From the human T2T-CHM13v2.0 reference genome, Homo sapiens, in NCBI RefSeq assembly GCF_009914755.1, contig NC_060926.1: a stretch of DNA of 64,000 nt. The stretch is one strand, 5' to 3'. Made by a program: the position numbers and the translations under genes. Shown in pieces: positions 41,304-58,149 of this stretch (its first letter is position 1; every line of letters begins with the position of its first letter). A model generated the notes under the pieces. It was not told the origin of the DNA and did not search any database. It worked only from the letters and a program-made list of their open reading frames with translations.

Positions 41304-43034
41304 CTCTGCGTGGTCCTACCATAGATAAAAAAAGTAAAAGTAAGGAATTTTTGATCACAAAAGAACACTGAAGCACAAGTCATGTTACATATGCTTGTCC
41401 CAATAAGGTCTCACTATTATTGACTTCATTCCTCCTCATTTGAAGTTGGAAAGAGATATATTTACTTTGTTGGAACAAGATGTGTTCTTCTACCTGCTGG
41501 CGCTAATTGTCATGATAACAGTAATTTTGTTAGAACAAGGTGCTCTGCTACCATTTGCCAAAAGATTGTCATAATAAATACACAAATTGCCCAACTCTAG
41601 GCTCAGCAGATTATAATAAGAGCAGAAAAATGTTTCACACTAACAAAAATGCTAGTATGCTACCTGGTTGTGGGCACCTAATACATTATATAATCCAAAC
41701 TTTATGAGGACACCTTTAATTTAGCCATCTATTTGTCAAAGAGCTTATGTAAGTTAGGTTTTATAAGTTACAGGAGACAAAGATGGAATAGATGTGGTTT
41801 TGATCTTTAAGGTGCTCATAATAGAGCTGTCTCTATTTCATTTCTGTGCTTTTTCAATGGAATTTACAAAGAAAACATTTCTATTTATGTTTTCACTTGT
41901 CCACTTAACAAATAACTATCAAATGTATTTTAGATACTAACCATTTTTCTAATGCTAAAGAACACAACTAAAAAGGCATACAGGAGCTTATTATCATTGT
42001 CATTTTCATTATTTTACTACTTTATTCAGTGCTTACTGTGTGCTAGATGCCCACTGGAAGCTTATAATTATGATTTATTATATATTGATTATGTGCCAGA
42101 CATATGTGATGAGGAATGAAGGTTTTGGAAAAATGTAGGTATGATTTAAGGTAAGCATGCAGAGAAGAATTTTTCTAGGTAAAGAAGCAGAAGAAGAATG
42201 TTTGGCAGAAGGAACATGTAGTGAGATTGTGTGTTTGCCAGAAGGAACATCTAATGAGATTGCCTGTTTGGCAGAAAGAGCAGCAAGTGCAAAAGACAAG
42301 ATGCTTGAGTGGACTTTGCAGGGTTTCTGAGCAGTTCACTTTTGCTAGTACCAAAAGTGTGAGATACCAGAGGTTGGGAAAGAGGTGAATAGTTAGCTAA
42401 GGCAAGTTTATGATAGACTTTTTAATACTATAGAAATGAGTAGGTCTTATCTTGTGGGCCATGGGAAATTTACCAGGTAGAATGCTTTGGACTGCAAATA
42501 CTAGATGAGCAGCGGCTAAAACAGTAGGAACCAGAATTGTTTTTTTGTTCATTGATATCCTAGGATCCCACCTGTCCCTCTTTCAGCTGTGGTGTTGGCA
42601 GTGTTTTATTCACATCTCCTTTCATGGTTGGCTAGTCCCCAGCAGCTCCAAACATCATGTTCTCACAACACAACATCGCAAGGGCTGCTTTTCTTCACGT
42701 GTGTCTTTTAAACAGGAGAAAACTTAGAAGCATGCAAGGGGCTTCCTGTAACATTTCGTTGGCTGGGTCATACCACATGCTCATTCCTAAACCAGGCACT
42801 GGGAAGGCAAATACCTGATTAGCTTAGAATAAACATTTCTGTTTCTGAGGCTGAGGAGGGGGATTGGGATAATAAATATCCCAATAGACTTGTGTTTCTT
42901 CTGCAAGAAAGAATGAGGAATGGCTCTTGATAGGGAGCCAACAATGTGTGCTGCAGGGGCTCATTGGAGAAATTTGTGCAGGGGAGTCACAAGATTAAAT
43001 TTGAGTATTAAGGCATTCTGGTTATGGTGTAAAA

Positions 43035-43250
43035 TGGGTTAGCAAGCTTTTTCTGTAAAGGACCAGGTGGGAAATATTTTAGACTATGTGGTCTCTGTCA
43101 TGTCTGCTTAACCCTGCTGTTGTCTGCTGTTGTAGTGTGAAAGCCACCATGATTATATGTAAGCAAACAGGCATGACTGAGTTCCTATAAAACTTTATTT
43201 ACAAAGCCATAAGGCAGATTGGATTTGGCCTGTGGCCTATAGTTTCCTGG
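43035..43250. mobile_element. MER58A-like DNA transposon
   Basis: GCAAGCTTTTTCTGTAAAGG...ATAAAACTTTATTTACAAA...GGATTTGGCC. Confidence 0.75.
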
Positions 43251-43823
43251 GATTGATGGAAGATAACCATGTAAAGAAACCAGGAGACAAAGGAAGCTTT
43301 TGCAGTAGTCAGCTATAGTTTCCATGTCACACATCCTTGGACTAGTATCAATGTATTATAAGGTTTTCACCTGTCCATGGTGAAGTAAATAACGTTAGGA
43401 ATCTCAGTTACTCATTTAAATATGTTAGCCTTCGTTATGCCTTTTTCATTTGTTTTGCTTAATTTTTTTCATGTAAGAAATAACATTAAGAGTTGGCAGT
43501 TTTCTTTTAAATAAAAGCCATTTTGTAAATGTTTGTGTTCCCAGTGGCAGTGGGAATATAAAACGGAGGCAGAAGAGAGGTACAGTCAATATGATCTAGT
43601 GATAATTGAATGAGAAAGGCTTGGGGGACAGAAGATTTACAGGTTTCCAGGTTGTACACTAGTATTTAACCTGGACATGAGGAAAGAGTAGGAAATATTC
43701 TGGTGAATACAGAAGAACAAAGAGCAGCAGGTCAGCAGGAATGACTAATTTTTTTCTATGCAAGTTTAATAGAATATTCGTGTAGGATATTTTGAGTAGG
43801 TAATTGGATGACCAGCATTTATA

Positions 43824-44066
43824 ACTCGCATCCTGGTAGTTTGACTCTCAGTAATAAGACTTGTCAAAGATCCAAGAATCTGAAAGTTGATGATAAATGT
43901 CCATGTATATCACCATCCGTGACCGAAAGTCAGCATCCACAGAACACAGAATTGGGACAGATGAACTTAATAGATAAAGATGAATATCGGAGTTGTTCCT
44001 CTTAGGGAATGATACTCTCCATGACCTGTGTGAGTCACAGCTGCCAGAAAAGAAAGAGCAAGGAGC
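43824..44066 (+). pseudogene. Fossil CCDC144/ANKRD26-family exon in intron 6
   Basis: Translates to [21 protein letters not shown]...ELGQMNL... and GNDTLHDLCESQLPE, matching CCDC144A as recalled. Frameshifted, with no AG at the expected start. Confidence 0.75.
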
Positions 44067-45326
44067 GTATGAAGGCAGCACAGCAAATTCAGTCCTAGAG
44101 TGCCCTGCTTGGCTTCATGTCATAGTTCTGACTTCTAAAAAATCATTTTCTGCAAAACGTGCTTTGTGTTTTTCCCTCTTGCCGCCTGCAGCCAATCAGA
44201 ATCTTTTTAGCATTGCATTTTTGTGTTCTTCCTTTAAAGAAGGCAACGTATGAATAATGAAAAGAAGTAAGAGAAAGAATGTTTTTTTGTATGAGATAGT
44301 ATTTAATGTAAACTTAAGAGTGAGTGCCAGGATTATACTTAGAATTTATGGACTGGATGGGAAGACTGGATACAAATCTAAAGATTGCTGACTCAAACAC
44401 AATGTGGTTTCTTTGATTTATTGTCACAGCTCTGAAGTCACAACTCTTAGTTGTATTCATATGCACTATAACTTTACAAAGCATCTTCCCAAACCAAATG
44501 TTTACTGATTTATTATAATTTGTATGACTTCATTATAGAATTGACTTTCCAAGTGTTCATGAGAATTGTTTAGAATTTGCTACATAGTATCATCTCAGCT
44601 GTGTCCACATGAGCTATCTGTCACCTTGTCTTAATGAATAATAGTTCACTGGTAATATTGGTTTTGGCATTTAAAGTGATCTATGTCTAATGCAGATAGG
44701 ACCCAGGACCACTCTTGAACATTAATGTCCAAGCATCTTAAAATTACACATAAGGCTTTCATAATCTGACTTCTGCCCCACTCTCCATCTTTAGCCCTTT
44801 TCCCTGTGTGCCCTTTCTCTGGCATTACTGAGCTGCTGGTAATGCCCTACTCACTCATCCTTCTATTGTAGGCAAATACTTTCACTCTTTCAGGCCTTGC
44901 TCCTGCTCTTGCTGCTGCGTGGCATGCCGTCACCCTTTCCTGCCCTCTACCCCTTTTAATCTGGCTAGTCTCAATATTTAAGTCTCTGCTTGGGCATGTT
45001 TTCTAGAAAAGCCATCCCTGACATGCTTTATTTTCATTCTTTTTAGACCCTAACGCCTAGCATATATGTAGCAGGACTCAATAAAAAATTTTTGAGTAAA
45101 ACAAAGATTGTTTTTACAAAGATGATGTGCAAGACTCTCCCCTGCAGTCTTGGAGCAGGGGGGACAGACATGGAGGAATAATGTACAGTTTAGGTGGTAA
45201 AGATGCAGTAGAAAAATCAGTAACGTAGTAAGGCAGCCTCAAGCAAGGAGGTACCTGTTTATTTGGGGAAAGACATGCAGAATCAAGGAAGACTTCACAT
45301 AGCATTGTTTCAAAAGATGAAAATAA

Positions 45327-45603
45327 GGCCAGGTGTGGTGGCTCACACCTGTAATCCCAGCACTTCTGGAGAGGATCACGAGGTCAGGAGATCAAGACCA
45401 TCCTGTCCAATGGTGAAACCCCATATCTACTAAAAATACAAAAATCAGCTGGGTGTGGTGGTGGTTGCCTGTAATCACAGCTACTCAGGAGACTGAGGCA
45501 GGAGAATCGCTTGAACCAGGGAGTCGGAGGTTGCAGTGAGCTGATCGCACCACTGCATTCCAGTCTGGTGACAGAGCAAGACCCTGACTCATAAAAAAAA
45601 AAA
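45327..45603 (+). mobile_element. AluS (Sc-like, small deletion)
   Basis: Alu dimer; TSD resembling ATGAAAATAA. Confidence 0.9.
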
Positions 45604-46042
45604 TGAAAATAAATGTGTCAGAATAGTGGAGGGAAACATTTTAGATATTAGGAAGATGTTGTACACTAATAAAGGTGTCAGCAGTGATTTTGGAAATCAT
45701 TTATAAGGTACTATTAGGAAGTGGAGAACAGTATACTGTGTCACTTTATATGTTTCTGCTGTATTTTGAAGCTGTGTTTCTGGTGGGTTTGTTCATTGAT
45801 GTTGGGTGGATGAATTTGTAAGGGAATTTTTGACATGTTTGTATGTCTTCAATCTGGTGACATCTGGTATCTCCCCAAGTGGTTTTTTGAAGTTTTTGAG
45901 AATTTTTTCTTAAATGACAATTTCATGAAAGATTAAACGCCCAATTTATGAAATGAAATGTCTTAAATCTGTTTTTAAAAGGCAATAGTTTTTAACTGTT
46001 CTAAGTGGTTTATTTTAACTGAATATATGGATTTTTCAACAG

Positions 46043-46113
46043 AACAAGACTTAAAGCTGACATCAGAGGAAGAGTCACAAAGGCTTAAAGGAAGTGAAAA
46101 CAGCCAGCCAGAG
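46043..46113 (+). pseudogene. POTEKP: POTE exon 7 ([24 protein letters not shown]), GC donor
   Basis: AACAG| acceptor, GAG|GCATGG donor, 71 bp. Confidence 0.88.
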
Positions 46114-46248
46114 GCATGGAAACTTTTAAATTTAAACTTTTGGTTTAATGTTTTTTTTTTTTGCCTTAATAATATTAGATAGTCCAAATGAAATTACCTA
46201 TGAGACTAGGCTTTGAGAATCAATAGATTCTTTTTTTAAGAATCTTTT

Positions 46249-46546
46249 GGCTAGGAGCGGTGTCTCACGCCTGTAATTCCAGCACCTTGAGAGGCTGAGG
46301 TGGGCAGATCACGAGATCAGGAGATCGAGACCATCCTGGCTAACACGGTGAAACCCCATCTCTACTAAAAATACAAAAACTTAGCTGGGTGTGGTGGCGG
46401 GTGCCTGTAGTCCCAGCTACTCAGGAGGCTGAGGCAGGAGAATGGCATGAACCCGGGAGGTGGAGGTTGCAGTGAGCCGAGATCCGCCACTACACTCCAG
46501 CCTGGGTGACAGAGCAAGACTCTGTCTCAAAAAAAAAAAAAAAAAA
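46249..46546 (+). mobile_element. AluY-like
   Basis: GAGATCGAGACCATCCTGGCTAACACGG; TSD AAGAAT(C/A)TTTT. Confidence 0.92.
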
Positions 46547-47797
46547 GAATATTTTAATAGATTCTTAAAATTTATTGTAATAAATTCAGTAACCTTATTA
46601 ACAGAAGAATCAGTAGATTCTAATTTAATATTTGATATTTAACTTCAATATAACCCACTATAAAATTTAAAATACTCTTATTTTAAAATATTCTTATCTG
46701 CCTTCTTGATTAGCTTATAGCTTATCTTTCCTTTTGGAATAGAGGCAAAAACAAATTTCAGAACTTTGTTTGTTCTTTTATTTTTACAACACCGTAACAT
46801 GATAAAGAAAGTAACATCAATTATTGAATCATATGATTAAGTAATGGGAATTATGAACAATGTAACACTGATGGTCCCTGAGCTGGATTCATGGTTAAAG
46901 AGTAATCATGGCCAGTGATTGAAAATCTGTGGTTTTATATTGCCAGTCACTGATACCAAGGTTAAAGATATATTCTGCCTTGTCTCTCATTGACCTCAGT
47001 GTTTCTGTTCAGGGAGGGAACCAGGTCATAAAAGCAACCCAACTGCCTATTACAAGGATCATATCTTGCAGAATGGAACCTTTGGTGTTAGTGCACAAAC
47101 ACAATAATATTCTAATTTATTTCAGTTACAGAAAATCAGTACAGATTAAAAATTTTTATCTGCTGTCATTAGTACACATTAGAATGTATTAGAACTGGAC
47201 TTAAGCAGATAATCTGGATACATAACACTATCATATTACAGTATATAATTTTAATTAAAATTTGAGAATTTGCATTTCTTTCTGTTTGGTGTTGATTTTG
47301 GCTCCTAATAGTTTAAAGGGTGCCTACAATCCAGTTAGGGATCTTTTAAAAAAGCACTTCAGTGCACTGTAGGGGCTCACTAGTTAGGGTTTCGTGAGGT
47401 AAACTCTTTGCAAGTGAGGAAGATTTTGCAACACTACAAATCATCTGCTGATTCATTTTTGGTAGATTAACACATAACAAATTAAGTTTAGTCCAAACAA
47501 ATAGTGACAAAGTTAAGTTTGCTGGTTCATGTTTTTTTCTCCCGTTGTCTAAGGTGAATTATTTTTCACATGTTAGAAGCCAGTGATGTGGCAGTAGCTA
47601 AACATAGATTAAAAAGTTAATTCTTAATTTTAATTATTATTTATTTATTTTAACAGTTTAATTTTAATTATTTTCTAATTTTTATTGTCCATACTTGATT
47701 ACTTAAGAATAAAATTAATTTAAAAACATGCACTCCAAAAGAGGAGACGTCACAGAAATACAACAAGGAAATTAACCTTTTGTTTTTGCATCTGCAG

Positions 47798-47842
47798 AAA
47801 ATGTCTCAAGAACCAGAAATAAATAAGGATGGTGATAGAGAG
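47798..47842 (+). pseudogene. POTEKP: POTE exon 8 (KMSQEPEINKDGDRE)
   Basis: TGCAG| acceptor, GAG|GTATAC donor, 45 bp. Confidence 0.92.
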
Positions 47843-48189
47843 GTATACCTGTATATTCAAATGTTTGTGTTGAATTAGATTTTTACACTATGTTGTTTAA
47901 CAAAGTGTAGTAAATGTAGGCATACATGATCCTATCATGTAAGTAGCATAAATCATCAGTGAAAAATTTAATACTTAACTCAGAATTCTGTACATTGAAT
48001 TTTAAAGAGATGCAAACCCCAGAGATATTCTTTCATTATTATGGAATAATCCCGAATGGTGCTGTAAAATGCTAGGTAATGCCACTTTAGGAGCTTTGGA
48101 CCAATTATTTTATCTTTCTTGGTTTTAGTCTGATTATCAATAGATAATGTGGCTAAAGTAGATAATTTCTTACTCTGTGTACTTTCCAG

Positions 48190-48374
48190 CTAGAAGATTT
48201 TATGGCTATTGAAGAAGAAATGAAGAAGCACGGAAGTACTCATGTGGGATTCCCAGAAAACCTGACTAACGGTGCCGCTGCTGGCAATGGTGATGATGGA
48301 TTAATTCCTCCAAGGAAGAGCAGAACACCTGAAAGCCAGCAATTTCCTGACACTGAGAATGAAGAGTATCACAG
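48190..48374 (+). pseudogene. POTEKP: POTE exon 9 ([20 protein letters not shown]...EEYH)
   Basis: TTCCAG| acceptor, AG|GTGAGC donor, 185 bp. Confidence 0.9.
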
Positions 48375-48614
48375 GTGAGCCTAGTGGCAACATTGAACAG
48401 GAGGTAACTATGTGCTGTCAAACTAATCCTAATTTGGGCTAATAGTCATGATGAACAAATTTTATACTTTTACTAGGATATTCAGCCTTGCCTGTTAATC
48501 AGAAAAATGAAAATCAGCAAACAATGAGTTACCATTTTTTTCCAGTCATTAATTTATTTGAAAAATAGCCAGTATTGGCAAATGTGAGGGAAAAGGCATT
48601 TTCTTCTCTTTTCA

Positions 48615-48945
48615 GTGAAGTTTTATTTTAGCTTCGGGGTACATGTGCAGGTTTATTATATAGGTAAACTGTATCATGGAGGTTTGGGGTACAGATTATT
48701 TCATCAGCCACATAGTAAGCACAATACTCGAAAGGTAGTTTTTTGGTCGTCTCCCTCCTGCCATGCTCCTCCCTCAAGTAGGCCCCAGTGTATGTTATTC
48801 TCCTCTTTGTGTCCATGAGTTCTCATGTTTAGTTCCCACTAATGAGTAAGAATATGTGGCATTTGATTTTCTGTTCCTGCATTAGTTTGCTTAGGATAAT
48901 GGCCTCCAGCTCCATCCGTGTTGCTGCAAAGGAAATGGTTTCATT
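48615..48945 (-). mobile_element. Old L1PA 3' end (antisense)
   Basis: GGGGTACATGTGCAGGTT...GGATAATGGCCTCCAGCTCCATCC. Confidence 0.85.
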
Positions 48946-49544
48946 GAAAAAGACATTTCATACACGGTTGGTAAATACATTTTGAACATTAATTGAGTAG
49001 CATATTCACACAACACACATATATAACAGAGTAAGCATATATAATACATATAAAGGATATTTGTATAGATATGTTACATGTATACTTACATATAAGGACA
49101 TTTATTATAGCATTATTATATAAAAAATTTGGAGCTATTCTAATTCCTTATCAATAGGAAATAGCTCAATTTCCATACCCCCAAAATAATGTATTATGCA
49201 ACCATTTTTAAAAAATGAGGTTAGATCTAGAGTATACTGATCATTTCACAATTAAAATGTATTTAAAGCGTTTAGTTTGATGACACATCTTAAGAGTTCT
49301 TGTTAGAATTCTTGTAGTATCTGCTGTGTTGCAAATGGAAGCTACATGCTACATTGACACTGTACCTTGTTAGCAACAAGATTGCTAGTTACTAAATTTT
49401 TGTTGTCAGTGCTGAAATATGGGACCCTCAATCTGAATATTGCCAAGGGATTGTACATGGGGATCTGTATTTAATATAAACATTTCAGTATATTGGGTAA
49501 AACTTTTATTAAAATACATCAAATAATCTTTGATCTACTAAACC

Positions 49545-49885
49545 AGGAGTTGGCCAGCTTTTTCTGCAAAGAGCTAGTCGGTAAATATTTTAGGCTTTGT
49601 GGACTACATATATGTATTTTCTTGAGACAGGGTCTCACTCTGTTTCCCAGGCTGGAGTGCAGTTGTGTGATCATGGCTGACTGCAGCCTCGACTTTCTGG
49701 GCTCTAGTGATCCTCCCACCTCAGCCTCTCTACTAGCTGGGACCACACGTGTGCAACATCACACCCAGGTAATTGACACTATGGACTGTAAAGTGAATAA
49801 GCATGGCTGTGTTCCAAGATACTTGACTTAAAAAAACAGGCAGTGGGCTGGATTTGGCCCACAGGTGCTTATTTGTTGACCCTAG
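49545..49885. mobile_element. MER58A-like element interrupted by an antisense Alu monomer (~49620-49770)
   Basis: CAGCTTTTTCTGCAAAG...AAATATTTTAGGCTTTG, then Alu, then GCATGGCTGTGTTCCAA...GGATTTGGCCC. Confidence 0.7.
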
Positions 49886-50595
49886 TGCTAAAAGGAAGGT
49901 GCTGCTAATGCAGTGACTCCTACTTGTAAAAGTGCCCTGCGTGCGTGACATTATCCTTCCTTTGAGAAAAGGATATATTTCAGTATTCACCTCACCATAT
50001 TTTTCCGGTGACTTCATATGATTTTGAAAACTTCATGTATAAAATAAGATTATTTCCTGCATTTCTCCCACTTTATTCCTGTTAATAGAACTCAGTATTT
50101 TACTGTGATCAGTTACTTTGTATATTTGATGAGTGTCAACTGTCCTAGAATTAGCTGATTTTTATCAAGCAAGAAATATTCTCCTTGAGACTTTTAGTAT
50201 TTCTTGGTCTTTATGTATAAGCACGAACAAAATGATAATCAGCTTATGTAATCTAGAAATGTTCAAGGGGCCTTTAAAACCTTGGTCTGGCATTTTTAAA
50301 TGCCATATGTGTATAATTTTTATAACCTTTAAAATATATAATTGTTACATAAAATTTGAAAACTCCACCTGTTATGTAAAATTTGGAAACTACTATTTCT
50401 TGTCTATCACTTTTCCATGACTGTGGACGAAAATTACATCATTCTCAGTCATGAGTGTTGAGTATGTTGTCCTTAAAGAACTGTCTACACTCATGAATTC
50501 AAATTTTCTTTCCATTCACTCTTGATCTCAATGCCGGTAAGTCTTCAATTTCAGCACTCCTCCAGAGTTGTTTTTCCTCCAGATTATCACTAATT

Positions 50596-54262
<3,667 letters not shown>

Positions 54263-54464
54263 AGATTATCACTAATTCTTTTCTGTAATAAATCTAGGCA
54301 TTTTTCTTTACACCTCATTTAATCTGTCAGCAATATTTCAGCCAATGGAGGGCATCTCTTCCCTAATGGCGTCTTCACTTGGCTTTCAGGACCTCACTCC
54401 CTCAGGCTTTTCCTCCTGACTTTCTAGTCCGTTCATCATGGTCTGTTTTGCTTGCTGCTCCTAA

Positions 54465-54820
<356 letters not shown>

Positions 54821-56507
54821 TCCTCGTGACCTTTTCTACTGTGTATATGCTAGTGATTTCCAAATGTATGTCTCCAGCTCAGATCTCTCTCCTTAATTTC
54901 AGATCTCTATATTAGCTCCCCTACTTGACATCTCTATTTGATTAGCTGTTGGGTATCACACACTTGTCAGATCAAAAATTGGGCTACTGATGTCCTTCCT
55001 GAAATCTACACCTCATGTAGTCTTTCCTACTTTGGTTAACGGCAGCTCTTCCAGTTGCTCTGCCAAAAACCTCAGTGTCATTCTTGACTCATCTTTCTCT
55101 CTGTCTTGACACTTCACATCTAATCTCTCAGTAAATCTCGTCAGGTCTACCTGAAGAATATATCCAGAAGCCAGTCTATCTTGTACATCTGAGCCACCGT
55201 CATCTGTAGTCTAGATGAGTGTCATAGACTTGGAATTGATAGTCCTGGTTTTTAAAAACTTCCCCTTTTGTCAATTCTTAACTCAGTGGATGTATTTAAA
55301 ACATAAGTCAAATTGTGTCATTCCTCTGCCCCAGCCCTTCTGATTGCCTCCCATTTCACTCTGAGTATGTGCCAGAGTTCCTCCTAATAACTGAAAGGCA
55401 GTAAACCATCTGGCATGTTACCTCTCCTGCTTAAACTTCTGTTTCTTATGTCTTTTGCTCTGTTTCAGCCACACTGAACTTGTTGCTATTCCTTACCTAC
55501 CCTACTGCTTAAAGATTCCAGGCACACCTCTGCACTTAGCAGTTCCATGTGTCTGGGGTGCTTTTTCCCCAGATATTCTTCTAGCTTACTCTTTCCATTA
55601 CTTCAGTTCTTTACTTAAAATCCCCTTTCCAAGAAGAAGAAAAAGGGTAAAAAGAAACACATTAAGGAATTACCACTTTTTGAGGAAGAACCATGTACCA
55701 GCACAATTCCTAGTCCAGAGAAAATGAAGAAAACGAAAAAAAAGAGAATGATTACTAACAGAAAGGAATTAGGATTGTATCACCAGGATGCGTCAGGCTT
55801 GAGATTCAATTGGGAGCATACCAGGGATGCTCTCTAACGTAATTGAGGGAAGGTTCAATGAAACAAAGTGATTTATCATCTCTAACTTCAAACCTATTTG
55901 TGTCTTGACATCAACTCTGTTAACATCATCATTTTTTAGAGTCTTTGATGTACAAATAAAAGTTTCTTCATATTAAAGAAAAATCTCTTTCTCAGCAGGG
56001 ACTTTTCTGGCCATCCTAACTTTCCCACTACTCTTCCCATCAAAGACATGAACATTTCATTTTCCTGCTTTAGTTTTTCTCCTCTAACGTACTGTATATT
56101 TTGCCTTATCGGTCTGTTGTTCTTGTGTGTTTATCTCACTCTCATGAATAGGGGTTTTATTGTTCATTACCATATCCTCACTTCCTAGAAAAAGGCCTAG
56201 CATATCAGACGTAGCTACCTAATAAATAGGTATTAAATGAATGAATGGAGTTTATCCTGGGTATATTGTTTGATTGATTCTCACTTAAAAAATGTTCGAT
56301 AAGGTGCATTTTAACAATTTTGCCTGGTAATTGTATGTATTTTTAAACTTCTTTTGGCTTTTTATAATTGGCTACGTTCTTTATATTAATATTTTTTCAC
56401 TTAGGGAGAAAAGTCCAATATTGTGGTTATTCACTATTCTTTTACTGGTAATCATGATAATTGCAATTATGGTAAAATGAGTCAGAGGAATTGCAAACTT
56501 TACTGGT

Positions 56508-56804
56508 ATTTTATGTATTTAGAGACAGAGTCTTGCTCTGTCACCCAGGCTGCAGTGCAGTGGCATGTCCTCATCTCACTGCAACCTCCGCCTCCTGGGT
56601 TCAAGCGATCATCCTGCCTCAGCCACCTGAGGAGATAGGATTACAGGTGCATGCCATGACGCCCGGCTAATTTTCGTGTTTTTAGTAGAGATGGGATTCA
56701 TCCTGTTTGTCAGGCTGGTCTCGAACTCCTGACCACAGGCAATCCACCTGCCTTGGCCTCACAAAGTGCTGGGTGGATTACAGGCATAAGCCACCACGTC
56801 TGGC
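56508..56804 (-). mobile_element. AluS (antisense)
   Basis: Alu reverse complement. Confidence 0.9.
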
Positions 56805-57702
56805 CACTAGTATTTTATTTAAAAAAAATTAGGGTGGTAAATGTAATGGACTGACAAATTCTTTCCAAGGGATTGTGGACCTTTGGTATTTGACATAAAA
56901 AGACAGAGTTGGAATTTTTTGCTTCCTATAGTAACTGTATTTGTCAGGCAATGTCTATTCTGATGGAGCAGCTGTTGCTGCTTGGCTGTCTTTCAGAAGC
57001 AAGCTGCTCACATTGATATTGGTTGGTGAGCAAGGCCAGTGGTCATTGATCGATTGACTAGATTTTGAACTGGCTCTGGGTGGCGTCTTGTGACCATGGC
57101 TACAGGTCAATTCTTCCCTAAGTTTCAGTCAACTTTAACTAGAAATTTTCTGTTCAAAAGTTGCCTTCCATTAGATATGTTCAAAATGAAACTTTTTAAT
57201 ATTCCAGAATTGTGGATTTAAAGTTTTGATTATGATGACTTGGTTAATAATAGCTCTCACGAAGATTTTTTTTTTCATACATTGTCTTAACCAGAAGAAT
57301 TCTCTGTATAGTTTATTTCTTAAAAATAATTGTTTTGCTTTTGTTTTTGGTATTTTTAGAAGCTTTTGCTATAATCTCCAGTAGGAGATTTTAGTCTCTT
57401 TGTCAGTTCATGTATGTATATGATAGTCATATTCTGTCTTTTTAAATTCCTTTTCATGTTCACTTTTTTCTCTGTACAATAATAGTGATATTGTTATACA
57501 TTTTTATCTCATTAAAAAGTTGTTACAATTTTCTGCTGGCAAATCTAGCTTTTTCTATATTTTGACTGAATAGGTTAAAAGTGAAGAAAATTTACCAGAT
57601 CATTTTATTTTCAAACAAAATCATAACTAATAAAAATTGCTATTTTGAATTATAAATAATGACATTTAGATATTTTAAAAATAAGGATAACCACCCCCCC
57701 CC

Positions 57703-58040
57703 AATAGTTTGGCTTTGTGTTTCTATGCAAATCTCATGCCAAATTGTAATTCCCAGGTGTTGAGGAAAGACCAGCTGGGAGGTGATTGGGTCATGGGGTC
57801 GGTTTCCTCCATGCTGTTCTTGTGATAGTGAGTGAGTCCTCACAAGAGCTGACGGTTTCATAAGGGGCTCTTTGCGCTTCACTTCTCTCTTCTCTCTCTC
57901 CTGCCGCCTTATGAAGAAGGTGCCTGCTTCCCCTTCCCCTTCTACCATGGTTGTTAAGTTTCCTGAGGCCTCCCCAGCCATGCGTAATTGTGAATCAATT
58001 AATCCTCTTTCCTTTATGAATTACCCAGTCTCAGGTATGT
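57703..58040. mobile_element. MaLR solo LTR (THE1D/MSTA-like)
   Basis: GGGAGGTGATTGGGTCATGGGG...CTGAGGCCTCCCCAGCCATGC...AATTACCCAGTCTCAGGTA, followed by a 31-bp tandem duplication at 58015-58076. Confidence 0.85.
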
Positions 58041-58149
58041 ACGTGTATGAATTACCCAGTCTCAGGTATGTACGTATGTATATGTGTGAGTGTATATACA
58101 CACATACATATATATGATACATATATGTGATGTGAGATATATATATGTA

